DNA of 64,000 bases from Eledone cirrhosa (lineage: Eukaryota): contig OZ024754.1 of assembly GCA_964016885.1 (NCBI GenBank), positions 44,020,001-44,084,000 of the forward strand, in the 5' to 3' direction. A program made the position numbers and the translations under genes. This document shows, piece after piece, positions 51,947-64,000 of the stretch (the stretch's first letter is position 1; every line of letters begins with the position of its first letter). The notes beneath the pieces are model-generated. The model did not search any database. It saw only the letters and a list, made by a program, of their open reading frames with translations, and was not told the DNA's origin.

Positions 51947-53732
51947 CCACCAAACCAGGTAAGTGGATGAAAGATAGTTTGCTGTTATGGAAGTATTTAA
52001 CGGAAGGTGAGAAGGAAATGATGGTGGATGAGTTGAAGAGATGTGGTGGTGGCGGTGGTAGTGGTGGTGGTGGTATAGTGGTGGTGGTGGACGTAGTGGT
52101 GGTGGTATAGTGGTGGTGGTGGTAGTGGTGGTATAGTGGTGGTGGTGGTATAGTGGTGGTGGTGGTGGTAGTAGTGGTGGTGGTAGTGCTAGTGGTAGTG
52201 GTGGTGGTGGTGGTAGTGGTAGTGACAACGGTAATGGTGACAATGAAACATCAGATAACAGTAAATATTCTTTCTCTACTTTTATTGCCTCATCTATAAT
52301 ATTGCAAGTTTAGTAACTCAATCTCTGTCTCCCACCTCTCTAGCTCTCTCTACCCTCTCTATCTATCTCCACCCTCTCTCTCTCTGCACCCTCTCTAGCT
52401 CTCTACCCTCTCTATCTATCTCCACCCTCTCTAGCTCTCTCTCTCTCTACCCTCTCTATCTATCTCCACCCTCTCTCTATCTATCTCCACCCTCTCTCTC
52501 TGCACCCTCTCTATCTCCCCCCTCTCTACAAAGTACAAATATCTGATACATCACACTTCCTCACATAACAAAACATCTTCCTTTATTTCAATAAAACATT
52601 GGGAAAATAAAATACTTTGTGAGATTTCTTTCATCTCTGTTATCCAACGAAGGTCAGCTTTACCTTTCATTCTTGATAAAATAAATTAACAGTCAAATAC
52701 TGGGGTTGATATAATTCACTTTCCTCCTCCCTTAACCCATAAGTTACCAACCCAGCCAAAACCAGCTCTGGTTCTATGAAATAAAACCACCCATTTTAAA
52801 GGTTTCAAATTTAAATTAATTTTATATAAGAACATTACTATTTTAATAATGAAATAATTGATAATTTTAGTAAATCCCTTGAAATTCTTCATTAATTAAA
52901 ATACAGTGTGTTTCATTAGAAATGCAGTCATGTGTCTAAATCAACTTCTTTGGTCATTTATTCCTGAGAGAGTCTTTGGAGCAAAGTCCTCAAACACTCC
53001 TAAGAAACATAGAAGTTTAGTTTAACTGTGGTTACCACAGCTTCTATATCTGTAGACAGAAGATATCGGATTGATGAGGCTAGTTTCATGTTGCCTCCTC
53101 TCCACAGAAACAATATCTTGTATACACCATCAATAGCTGTTTGTTGGTGAGTTGAAATAAACAGTAGAATTGGTTCAGTGAAACATAAAAGTAAACTTGA
53201 CTACAGTCATTAAAATAACAACTGAATGATAGAATAGGAACTCTATATATAATTGTTTCTATTTTTGGCACAAGGCCAGCAATTACCCAGTGCATTACTG
53301 GTACTTTATTTTATCGACCTCATAAGGATGAAAGGTAAAGTTAACTTCGATGGAATTTGAACTCAGACCGTAAAGGGACGTAACTATGCAGAAAGAATGG
53401 CATCCAACCCTCTACCGATACTGCCAATTCACCACCATATATATGAACTCTATAGATAATGAACACAACCACAAGGATATGGTCCGAACGTGGAAGAGCG
53501 AAACTCCCACTGTCATCGCCTCCATCTTTCTAGCCCTCCCCATCTTGGGGTCCCACATGCTGGCCTCCCCACAGTAAATAGCTATAAACTACTAATCTCT
53601 TCATGGATAGATGATGGCTATTTTGTCTCCGACGAAGGTCTAACAAGACAAGAAACTATCCAGATTAATCTCATTTCTGCTCATGGAGAGATAAAACCTG
53701 TCATCATATTCTTTACTTTACATACAAGTGTT

Positions 53733-56256
53733 TTAACCCTTTAGCATTTAAACTGGCCTTATCTGGCCAGAATTCTCCCACCGCTTTCTATTCAAACTGA
53801 CTGTAACCGGCTGCTCATACTTATGTTAAGGTATTATTCTCAAAATAAATATCATCAAAATCTCAGATTCTATATTATGTGAGATATTATGTGAGGTAAA
53901 GCCTTTACTGTGACAATACAATAGTATATATAGAGTAATGTAAATGTTATGTGAGATATTATGTGAGGTAAAGCCTTTACTGTGAAAATACAATAGTATA
54001 TATAGAGTAATGTAAATGTCATGTGAGATATTATGTGAGGTAAAGCCTTTACTGTGAAAATACAATAGTATATATAGAGTAATGTAGATGTTATGTGAGA
54101 TATTATGTGAGGTAAAGCCTTTACTGTGACAATACAATAGTATATATAGAGTAATGTAAATGTTATGTGAGGTATTATGTGAGGTAAAGCCTTTACTGTG
54201 ACAATACAATAGTATATATAGAGTAATGTAAATGTTATGTGAGATATTATGTGAGGTAAAGCCTTTACTGTGACAATACAATAGTATATATAGAGTAATG
54301 TAAATGTTATGTGAGGTATTATGTGAGGTAAAGCCTTTACTGTGAAAATACAATAGTATATATAGAGTAATGTAAATGTTATGTGAGGTATTATGTGAGG
54401 TAAAGCCTTTACTGTGAAAATACAATAGTATATATAGAGTAATGTAAATGTTATGTGAGATATTATGTGAGGTAAAGCCTTTACTGTGACAATACAATAG
54501 TATATATAGAGTAATGTAAATGTTATGTGAGATATTATGTGAGGTAAAGCCTTTACTGTGAAAATACAATAGTATATATAGAGTAATGTAAATGTTATGT
54601 GAGGCATTATGTGAGGTAAAGCCTTTACTGTGAAAATACAATAGTATATATAGAGTAATGTAAATGTTATGTGAGGTATTATGTGAGGTAAAGCCTTTAC
54701 TGTGAAAATACAATAGTATATATAGAGTAATGTAAATGTTGTGTGAGATATTATGTGAGGTAAAGCCTTTACTGTGAAAATACAATAGTATATATAGAGT
54801 AATGTAAATGGTATGTGAGATATTATGTGAGGTAAAGCCTTTACTGTGACAATACAATAGTATATATAGAGTAATGTAAATGTTATGTGAGATATTATGT
54901 GAGGTAAAGCCTTTACTGTGACAATACAATAGTATATATAGAGTAATGTAAATGTTATGTGAGGTATTATGTGAGGTAAAGCCTTTACTGTGACAATACA
55001 ATAGTATATATAGAGTAATGTAAATGTTATGTGAGATATGTGAGGTAAAGCCTTTACTGTGACAATACAATAGTATATATAGAGTAATGTAAATGTTATG
55101 TGAGATGTTATGTGAGATAAAGCCTTTACTGTGACAATACAATAGTATATATAGAGTAATGTAAATGTTATGTGAGATATTATGTGAGGTAAAGCCTTTA
55201 CTGTGACAATACAATAGTATATATAGAGTAATGTAAATGTTATGTGAGATATTATGTGAGGTAAAGCCTTTACTGTGAAAATACAATAGTATATATATAG
55301 AGTAATGTAAATGTTATGTGAGATATGTGAGGTAAAGCCTTTACTGTGACAATACAATAGTATATATAGAGTAATGTAAATGTTATGTGAGATATTATGT
55401 GAGGTAAAGCCTTTACTGTGAAAATACAATAGTATATATATAGTAATGTAGATGTTATGTGAGATATTCTGTGAGGTAAAGCCTTTACTGTGAAAATACA
55501 ATAGTATATATAGAGTAATGTAAATGGTATGTGAGATATTATGTGAGGTAAAGCCTTTACTGTGAAAATACAATAGTATATATAGAGTAATGTAAATAGT
55601 ATGTGAGATATTATGTGAGGTAAAGCCTTTACTGTGAAAATACAATAGTATATAGAGTAATGTAAATGGTATGTGAGATATTATGTGAGGTAAAGCCTTT
55701 ACTGTGAAAATACAATGGTATATATAGAGTAATGTAAATGTTATGTGAGATATTATGTGAGGTAAAGCCTTTACTGTGACAATACAATGGTATATATAGA
55801 GTAATGTAAATGTTATGTGAGATATTATGCGAGGTAAAGCCTTTACTGTGAAAATACAATAGTATATATAGAGTAATGTAAATGGTATGCGAGATATTAT
55901 GTGAGGTAAAGCCTTTACTGTGAAAATACAATGGTATATATATAGAGTAATGTAGATGTTATGTGAGATATTATGTGAGGTAAAGCCTTTACTGTGAAAA
56001 TACAATGGTATATATAGAGTAATGTAAATGGTATGCGAGATATTATGTGAGGTAAAGCCTTTACTGTGAAAATACAATGGTATATATCGAGTAATGTAAA
56101 TGTTATGTGAGATATTATGTGAGGTAAAGCCTTTACTGTGAAAATACAATGGTATATATATAGAGTAATGTAGATGTTATGTGAGATATTATGTGAGGTA
56201 AAGCCTTTACTGTGAAAATACAATGGTATATATAGAGTAATGTGTTAAAGGGTTAA
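53733..56256 (+). mobile_element. MITE inflated to 2.5 kb by about 39 copies of its 60-bp internal unit
   Basis: TTAACCCTTTAGCATT at left, TAAAGGGTTAA at right, array ~53875-56243. Confidence 0.88.
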
Positions 56257-56377
56257 ACACACAGCCAGGCCTAGACCTATATTTATTTAAAAAATACATC
56301 ATTGTTTTTGTTTTAACTCAGTTTATTAAATATGTGAGGTCATACTATATTTGTAATGGAACTGGTTGACATCCAGA

Positions 56378-56985
56378 TGCTCACACACACACACACTGCT
56401 ACTCTCGTATGCTCACACACACACACTGCTACTCTCGTATGCTCACACATATATACTCACACACACACACACACACATACTGCTACTATCGTATGCTCAC
56501 ACATATATACTCACACACACACACACACTGCTACTCTCGTATGCTCACACATATATACTCACACACACACACACTGCTACTCTCGTATGCTCACACATAT
56601 ATACTCACACACACACACACATACTGCTACTATCGTATGCTCACACATATATACTCACACACACACACACACATACTGCTACTATCGTATGCTCACACAT
56701 ATACTCACACACACACACACACACACACATACTGCTACTATCGTATGCTCACACATATATACTCACACACACTGCTACTCTCGTATGCTCACACATATAT
56801 ACTCACACACACACACATACTGCTACTATCGTATGCTCACACATATATACTCACACACACACACACACACTGCTACTATCGTATGCTCACACATATATAC
56901 TCACACACACACTGCTACTCTTGTATGCTCACACATATATACTCACACACACACACACTGCTACTCTCGTATGCTCACACATATA

Positions 56986-57018
<33 letters not shown>

Positions 57019-57660
57019 CTACTCTCGTATGCTCACACATATACTCACACACACACACTGCTACTCTCGTATGCTCACACATATATACTCACACACACAC
57101 TGCTACTCTTGTATGCTCACACATATATACTCACACACACACACTGCTACTCTCGTATGCTCACACATATATACTCACACACACACTGCTCCTCTTGTAT
57201 GCTCACACATATATACTCACACACACACTGCTACTCTCGTATGCTCACACATATATACTCACACACATACACACTGCTCCTCTTGTATGCTCACACATAT
57301 ATACTCACACACACACACACACTGCTACTCTCGTATGCTCACACATATATACTCACACACACACACACTGCTACTCTCGTATGCTCACACATATACTCAC
57401 ACACACACACAGCTACTCTCGTATGCTCACACATATACTCACACACATACACACTGCTACTCTCGTATGCTCACACATATACTCACACACACACACTGCT
57501 ACTCTCGTATGCTCACACATATATACTCACACACACACACTGCTACTCTTGTATGCTCACACATATATACTCACACACACTGCTACTCTCGTATGCTCAC
57601 ACATATATACTCACACACACACACACACACACTGCTACTCTTGTATGCTCACACACACAC
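56378..57660. repeat. Compound minisatellite with a variable (CA)n spacer
   Basis: CTGCTACTCTCGTATGCTCACACATATATACT(CA)n. Confidence 0.88.
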
Positions 57661-58934
57661 CATTAGTCTTTTATCATGACACACATTCAGATTATATTTA
57701 CATAATAATTGACTCATACACACACACTTACACACACATACATACACTTACACACACAGAAACATGCACTTACACACATACATACATACACTTACAGACT
57801 GTTATGATACAAAGACTATTTTTATATAATTAAACACACACACATGTACACACACACTTGTACACACACACACTTGTGTACACACACACTTGTACACACA
57901 CACACACTTGTACACACACACACACACACACACACTTGTACACACACACACACACTTGTACACACACTCCATTGATATAAAAATAGCCGCCAGTAGTAAA
58001 GCAGTCGTTGCCTGTGTTCTCTATTAACTTCAGTAACACTTTAATAATAAGTGAGAGAGGTGCCATTTCATGGTTACTGAACAATACAGATTGACAGGGA
58101 AGACATACAAACACCCCCTACTCCAGTCTCGGCTACAAATTAACACCAGACAGGTCACTCTAGTTAGATTCTTGACCACACTACTTCCGCCTTCCTTCTA
58201 AATAACTGCAGAAATAATAATAATAATATTAGTTGTTTCTACTTTTGGCACAAGGCCAGCAATTACCCCAGTGCATTACTGGTACTTTATTTTATCGACC
58301 TTGTAAGGATGAAAGGCAAAGTGAACCTCGGCAGGATTTGAACTCAGATCATAAAGGGCTGTAACTCTATGCTATGAAGCATGGTGTCTGACACTCTACC
58401 GATACCACTGTAAAAGGAATGACTCCTCAAATCTGTTCTCCTCTAGGCCACCCCAAAAGTCCAGCAGACACCTGTTGGCTACCCATACCACTGTAAAAGC
58501 GATGACCCTCAATTCTGGGTTAACCCTGAACTCCAGCTATTACTGGTACTTTCAGCTGAGTATACTGGAGCAACGGGAAATGAGTTTTGCTCAAGAACAC
58601 ATAAACCCCCACCTAAATACATATTCTTGGTTACATTGGTGCTTATAAGAGAGAGGGGGGGAGAGAGAGGGGGGGAGAGAGAGGGGGAGGAGAGAGAGGG
58701 AGGGAAAGAGAGAGAGTGTGTGTGTGTTGTTATTTGTATCAATTAAAACTAATATTTTTCTGAGAAAAGAATTTCCTTGTGAAATCCGTGTATTTGTTCA
58801 GTCCTTAAAAACAGGTTTGTGTTTGTCCTTCTCTGGAGGTGGCGCTGGGGTCACATTTGCATAACACAGCTATTTTGTCACTTCAGAAAGGGAAGAAGAG
58901 AATCTTTTCTTTACGAATTAGTCTTTTTCACTAA

Positions 58935-60578
58935 AAAAGGTCATGAATGTAACCTCTCTCTTCTGTCCAAGCCTGACAAAGTCCTCTAAAAGGCCATGAA
59001 TGTAACCTCTCTCTTCTGTCCAAGCCTGACAAAGTCCTCTAAAAGGCCATGAATGTAACCTCTCTCTTCTGTCCAAGCCTGACAAAGTCCTCTAAAAGGC
59101 CATGAATACTACCTCTCTCTTCTGTCCAAGCCTGACAAAGTCCTCTAAAAGGCCATGAATGTAACCTCTCTCTTCTGTCCAAGCCTGACAAAGTCCTCTA
59201 AAAGGCCATGAATACTACCTCTCTCTTCTGTCCAAGCCTGACAAAGTCCTCTAAAAGGCCATGAATGTAACCTCTCTCTTCTGTCCAAGCCTGACAAAGT
59301 CCTCTAAAAGGCCATGAATACTACCTCTCTCTTCTGTCCAAGCCTGACAAAGTCCTCTAAAAGGCCATGAATGTAACCTCTCTCTTCTGTCCAAGCCTGA
59401 CAAAGTCCTCTAAAAGGCCATGAATGTAACCTCTCTCTTCTGTCCAAGCCTGACAAAGTCCTCTAAAAGGCCATGAATACTACCTCTCTCTTCTGTCCAA
59501 GCCTGACAAAGTCCTCTAAAAGGCCATGAATGTAACCTCTCTCTTCTGTCCAAGCCTGACAAAGTCCTCTAAAAGGCCATGAATACTACCTCTCTCTTCT
59601 GTCCAAGCCTGACAAAGTCCTCTAAAAGGCCATGAATGTAACCTCTCTCTTCTGTCCAAGCCTGACAAAGTCCTCTAAAAGGCCATGAATGTAACCTCTC
59701 TCTTCTGTCCAAGCCTGACAAAGTCCTCTAAAAGGCCATGAATGTAACCTCTCTCTTCTGTCCAAGCCTGACAAAGTCCTCTAAAAGGCCATGAATGTAA
59801 CCTCTCTCTTCTGTCCAAGCCTGACAAAGTCCTCTAAAAGGCCATGAATGTAACCTCTCTCTTCTGTCCAAGCCTGACAAAGTCCTCTAAAAGGCCATGA
59901 ATGTAACCTCTCTCTTCTGTCCAAGCCTGACAAAGTCCTCTAAAAGGCCATGAATGTAACCTCTCTCTTCTGTCCAAGCCTGACAAAGTCCTCTAAAAGG
60001 CCATGAATGTAACCTCTCTCTTCTGTCCAAGCCTGACAAAGTCCTCTAAAAGGCCATGAATGTAACCTCTCTCTTCTGTCCAAGCCTGACAAAGTCCTCT
60101 AAAAGGCCATGAATGTAACCTCTCTCTTCTGTCCAAGCCTGACAAAGTCCTCTAAAAGGCCATGAATGTAACCTCTCTCTTCTGTCCAAGCCTGACAAAG
60201 TCCTCTAAAAGGCCATGAATGTAACCTCTCTCTTCTGTCCAAGCCTGACAAAGTCCTCTAAAAGGCCATGAATGTAACCTCTCTCTTCTGTCCAAGCCTG
60301 ACAAAGTCCTCTAAAAGGCCATGAATACTACCTCTCTCTTCTGTCCAAGCCTGACAAAGTCCTCTAAAAGGCCATGAATGTAACCTCTCTCTTCTGTCCA
60401 AGCCTGACAAAGTCCTCTAAAAGGCCATGAATGTAACCTCTCTCTTCTGTCCAAGCCTGACAAAGTCCTCTAAAAGGCCATGAATACTACCTCTCTCTTC
60501 TGTCCAAGCCTGACAAAGTCCTCTAAAAGGCCATGAATGTAACCTCTCTCTTCTGTCCAAGCCTGACAAAGTCCTCTA
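58935..60578. repeat. 53-bp minisatellite, ~31 near-identical copies
   Basis: AAAGGCCATGAATGTAACCTCTCTCTTCTGTCCAAGCCTGACAAAGTCCTCTA, with an AATACTACC variant. Confidence 0.93.
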
Positions 60579-61117
60579 ACTAAAAAAAAGCTATCAAAGA
60601 AACTGAGAAAGAACTACACACATCATAATCCTCATCACTGCTTTTACATCCACTTTCATATGCAGACATAGGTTAGATGGTATGCTTTCATACCATGTTT
60701 TACAGTCAGATGCCCTACCATACACCAACCCTTTCAATTGCTTCCTACGACAGGCAGGGGTACAGCCTACCTATTCTAAAAACCCTGTTATACATGATAT
60801 GCACTCATTTTAGAATGTCTTAGAAGATGTTATGCTTAAATAAGTCAGAATTGGTGGATGGGTCTCCAGCTGTAGAAAACCAAGCCCTAAACAGAACATA
60901 TGAGCAAGATATGGTCATCTGACCTGTCTGACCTCGAAATGTGACAACTTGTCTAATTGATGAAATCATGGAAAATAGATATTAAACTGACGGTGATGAT
61001 GATGATGTGTGCATAAACGTGACAGAAAAGAACCAGTTAATTTATGTAGTTTATTTATTTATAAAAACTGAAGATTAATTTTATTGATTCTCTTCCTTGA
61101 AGAACAGGATAGACCGA

Positions 61118-61977
61118 GACTAGCTGACCCTGTAGAAGTGAGAGAACAGGGTAGGGGAAGACTAGCTGACCCTGTAGAAGTGGGAGAACAGGGTAGGGGA
61201 AGACTAGCTGACCCTGTAGAAGTGAGAGAACAGGGTAGGGGAAGACTAGCTGACCCTGTAGAAGTGGGAGAACAGGGTAGGGGAAGACTAGCTGACCCTG
61301 TAGAAGTGGGAGAACAGGGTAGGGGAAGACTAGCTGACCCTGTAGAAGTGAGAGAACAGGGTAGGGGAAGACTAGCTGACCCTGTAGAAGTGGGAGAACA
61401 GGGTAGGGGAAGACTAGCTGACCCTGTAGAAGTGGGAGAACAGGGTAGGGGAAGACTAGCTGACCCTGTAGAAGTGAGAGAACAGGGTAGGGGAAGACTA
61501 GCTGACCCTGTAGAAGTGAGAGAACAGGGTAGGGGAAGACTAGCTGACCCTGTAGAAGTGAGAGAACAGGGTAGGGGAAGACTAGCTGACCCTGTAGAAG
61601 TGAGAGAACAGGGTAGGGGAAGACTAGCTGACCCTGTAGAAGTGAGAGAACAGGGTAGGGGAAGACTAGCTGACCCTGTAGAAGTGAGAGAACAGGGTAG
61701 GGGAAGACTAGCTGACCCTGTAGAAGTGAGAGAACAGGGTAGGGGAAGACTAGCTGACCCTGTAGAAGTGAGAGAACAGGGTAGGGGAAGACTAGCTGAC
61801 CCTGTAGAAGTGAGAGAACAGGGTAGGGGAAGACTAGCTGACCCTGTAGAAGTGAGAGAACAGGGTAGGGGAAGACTAGCTGACCCTGTAGAAGTGAGAG
61901 AACAGGGTAGGAGGCCAGCTAACTCAGTGAAAGTGGGAGAACAGGGCAGGAGACCAGCTAACCCTGTAGAAGTGGGA
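61118..61977. repeat. 42-bp minisatellite, ~20 copies
   Basis: AGACTAGCTGACCCTGTAGAAGTG(A/G)GAGAACAGGGTAGGGGA. Confidence 0.92.
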
Positions 61978-62539
61978 TCTGTAAATCTATTATTTTCATT
62001 GGTTGGTTCAATAAGCAGATGGTTGTTTATATATTGTCAAAGCTCTTTCATCACAAATTCTGTGACCTCCTCAGCGACAGGGATGTTATTTTATGTCTCT
62101 TCTTTGATCTGTCCTACACCATCTTGTTTTTGTGTGCTCATTATAGAGAGAGAGAGAGAGAGAGAGAGTGTGTGTGTGTGTAGTCTTAAGAGCACTATGT
62201 TCAGAAGGAAAGATGTGGTAGTCATGATTAGAATGCCTTTGATCATAAGTCTGTTCATAAGAGACCTGCCTAGGGTTAAACAACAACATTAGTTAAGTAA
62301 TTGAAGATTCATTGGAATAGAGACAAATATAAATATTTATCTTTGAACTGAAATCTGATTTTTTTCTGGTATTTTATATTTTCATACCAGCTGCACCCCC
62401 ACCCAAAGAGTTTCTATTTAAATTAAAATATTCTAACTATTTTATATAAGAACCATATGTTAAATTATTCGCTAATTAACAAAATAATTAAAAATTCTAG
62501 TAAATTCCTCCCAAATCTTTCATGAAAATTTTCATCGAC

Positions 62540-62758
62540 AGTATTTCTAATGAAATACACTATTTTAATTAATTAATGAAGACTTTTGAGGGATTTACTA
62601 AAATTATTAATTATTTCATTAATGAAATAGTAACTTAAAGTAAGGTCCTTATATAAAATTATATTAGATTTTAATTTAAATTGGAAACCTTTAAAATGGG
62701 TGATTTTATTTCATAGAACCAGGGCTGGTTTTGGCCGGGTTGGTAACTAAAGGGTTAA
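62540..62758 (-). mobile_element. Second TTAA-MITE family; related pieces at 52731-52925, 10620-10865 and 13580-13726
   Basis: End GGTAACTAAAGGGTTAA; reverse complement matches 52731 TTAACCCATAAGTTACCAACCC. Confidence 0.6.
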
Positions 62759-63094
62759 ATCACAAGAAATATGGTAAGAGAAGGGTTTAAATGACATTTG
62801 GGTTTACATTACATTGAGATAATCAGCAGAGAAAATCTTCCTTTCAGTATTTCTAACTGAATGGACCAGAGAAGTTAGGGTGTTGTATATAGCAGCTTAT
62901 GTGTAGTTTTCCTACATATAAGCTGCTTTTATTGGCTGCTGCTTTAGCAATCATGTGACAGGCTTAGAACAGGCAAGGAAGTGAGGAGTTATCTATAGTC
63001 ATGTGACTGTTATAGTAGTACCATCATTTATAGTATAGTAATCACATGACTTCTATGATAATAGAAGTCATGTGATTACTATAATAGCTATAAT

Positions 63095-63870
63095 AATGAT
63101 TTCTTGTATAGGCACAAGGCCAGCAATTTGGGGGGAACGGAAAGTTGATTAAACCCACCCCAGTACATTACTGGTACTTTATTTCATCGACCCCGTATGG
63201 ATGAAAGGCAAATTTAACCTCGCCAGGATTTGAACACAGACCGTAAAGGTCCATAACTCTATGCTGCAAAGCATGATGTCCTCCTCTCTACCAATACTGC
63301 CAATCCACCACCCTTAATATTAATGATTTCTAAATCTAGGCTGAAGGCCAGTAATTTGTAGAGAAGAGAAAGCCAATCACACCAACCCCAGTACTTGACT
63401 GGTACTTTATTTTAGCGACCTTAAAAAGATGAAAGACTTAGCTGACCTCAGTAGGATTTGAACTCAGAATGTGAAGACCCAGAACAAATAGTGTTAAGAA
63501 TCTGTCTGCTGCTTTAATGACTCAGTCAATTAACCTCTGCCCAAAGTATAACAATATCTCTTTCAACACATTTTCAGATAAGAAATCTTGCAAAACAAAT
63601 TCAAAAACAAACTATTTTATTTATTTTTCCATAAAACAGGTAAGGCCTAATTTATTCACACCTGTACAAACGACATTACAAAATGTTTGTAATTCTTTCA
63701 GAATGAAAATATAAACAAACTTTAGGCACAAGGCCAACAATTTGGGGGGGGAGCAGAAAGTTGATTAAATCAACCACAGTACATAACTGGTACTTTATTT
63801 TATCGAACCCTTAAGGATGAAAGACAAAGCTAACCTTGGTGGGATTCGAACTCAGAATGTAAAGGGCCGT
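63095..63870 (-). mobile_element. Three minus-strand SINE copies
   Basis: Repeated GGCCAGCAAT...CTGGTACTTTATTT...GATGAAAG...GATTTGAACTCAGA. Confidence 0.75.
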
Positions 63871-64000
63871 AAGCACATATAATAAATACAATTAACTATT
63901 GTTAGGAACCTCACAAATATTATGACACACCAAAATATACGATCAAAACGAAAGACAATCGACAACATATCACAAGGTCAACGGAATATTTTGAGGCAAG

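Noticed and set aside
53826-57833. Long ORFs of 436-759 aa
   Set aside because: Translations of the 60-bp and CA-rich tandem arrays; open only because the units lack stops.
57970-58114. Minus ORF MAPLSLIIKVLLKLIEN as PTP exon 1
   Set aside because: No convincing donor and no real similarity.
61084-62292. 402-aa ORF with LADPVEVREQGRGR repeats
   Set aside because: 42-bp minisatellite running into microsatellite; non-ATG start.

Overview
Repeat-rich, AT-rich animal genomic DNA; the SINE, RTE-LINE, MITE and (TA)n content looks like a coleoid cephalopod, probably Octopus (inference). Two minus-strand genes are supported: the first coding exon of TBC1D7 (3419-3614), and 15 frame-consistent exons (18232-35422, 595 codons) of a PEST-family non-receptor tyrosine phosphatase (PTPN12/18/22-like) with an intact catalytic domain. 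Its first and last exons were not found. The rest is tRNA-derived SINEs, RTE-LINE fragments, TTAA-flanked piggyBac-type MITEs and many minisatellites, several visibly grown from those elements. The most unusual signal is a set of short, non-coding elements sitting in (TA)n microsatellites that carry minimal type I hammerhead ribozyme folds (40076-40140 +, 42792-42857 -, 2153-2215 +). Two further copies at 6913-7330 have fold-back palindromes centred exactly on a hammerhead helix II. This suggests a Penelope-like or retrozyme-type family. All calls are by eye; no searches or folding programs were run.
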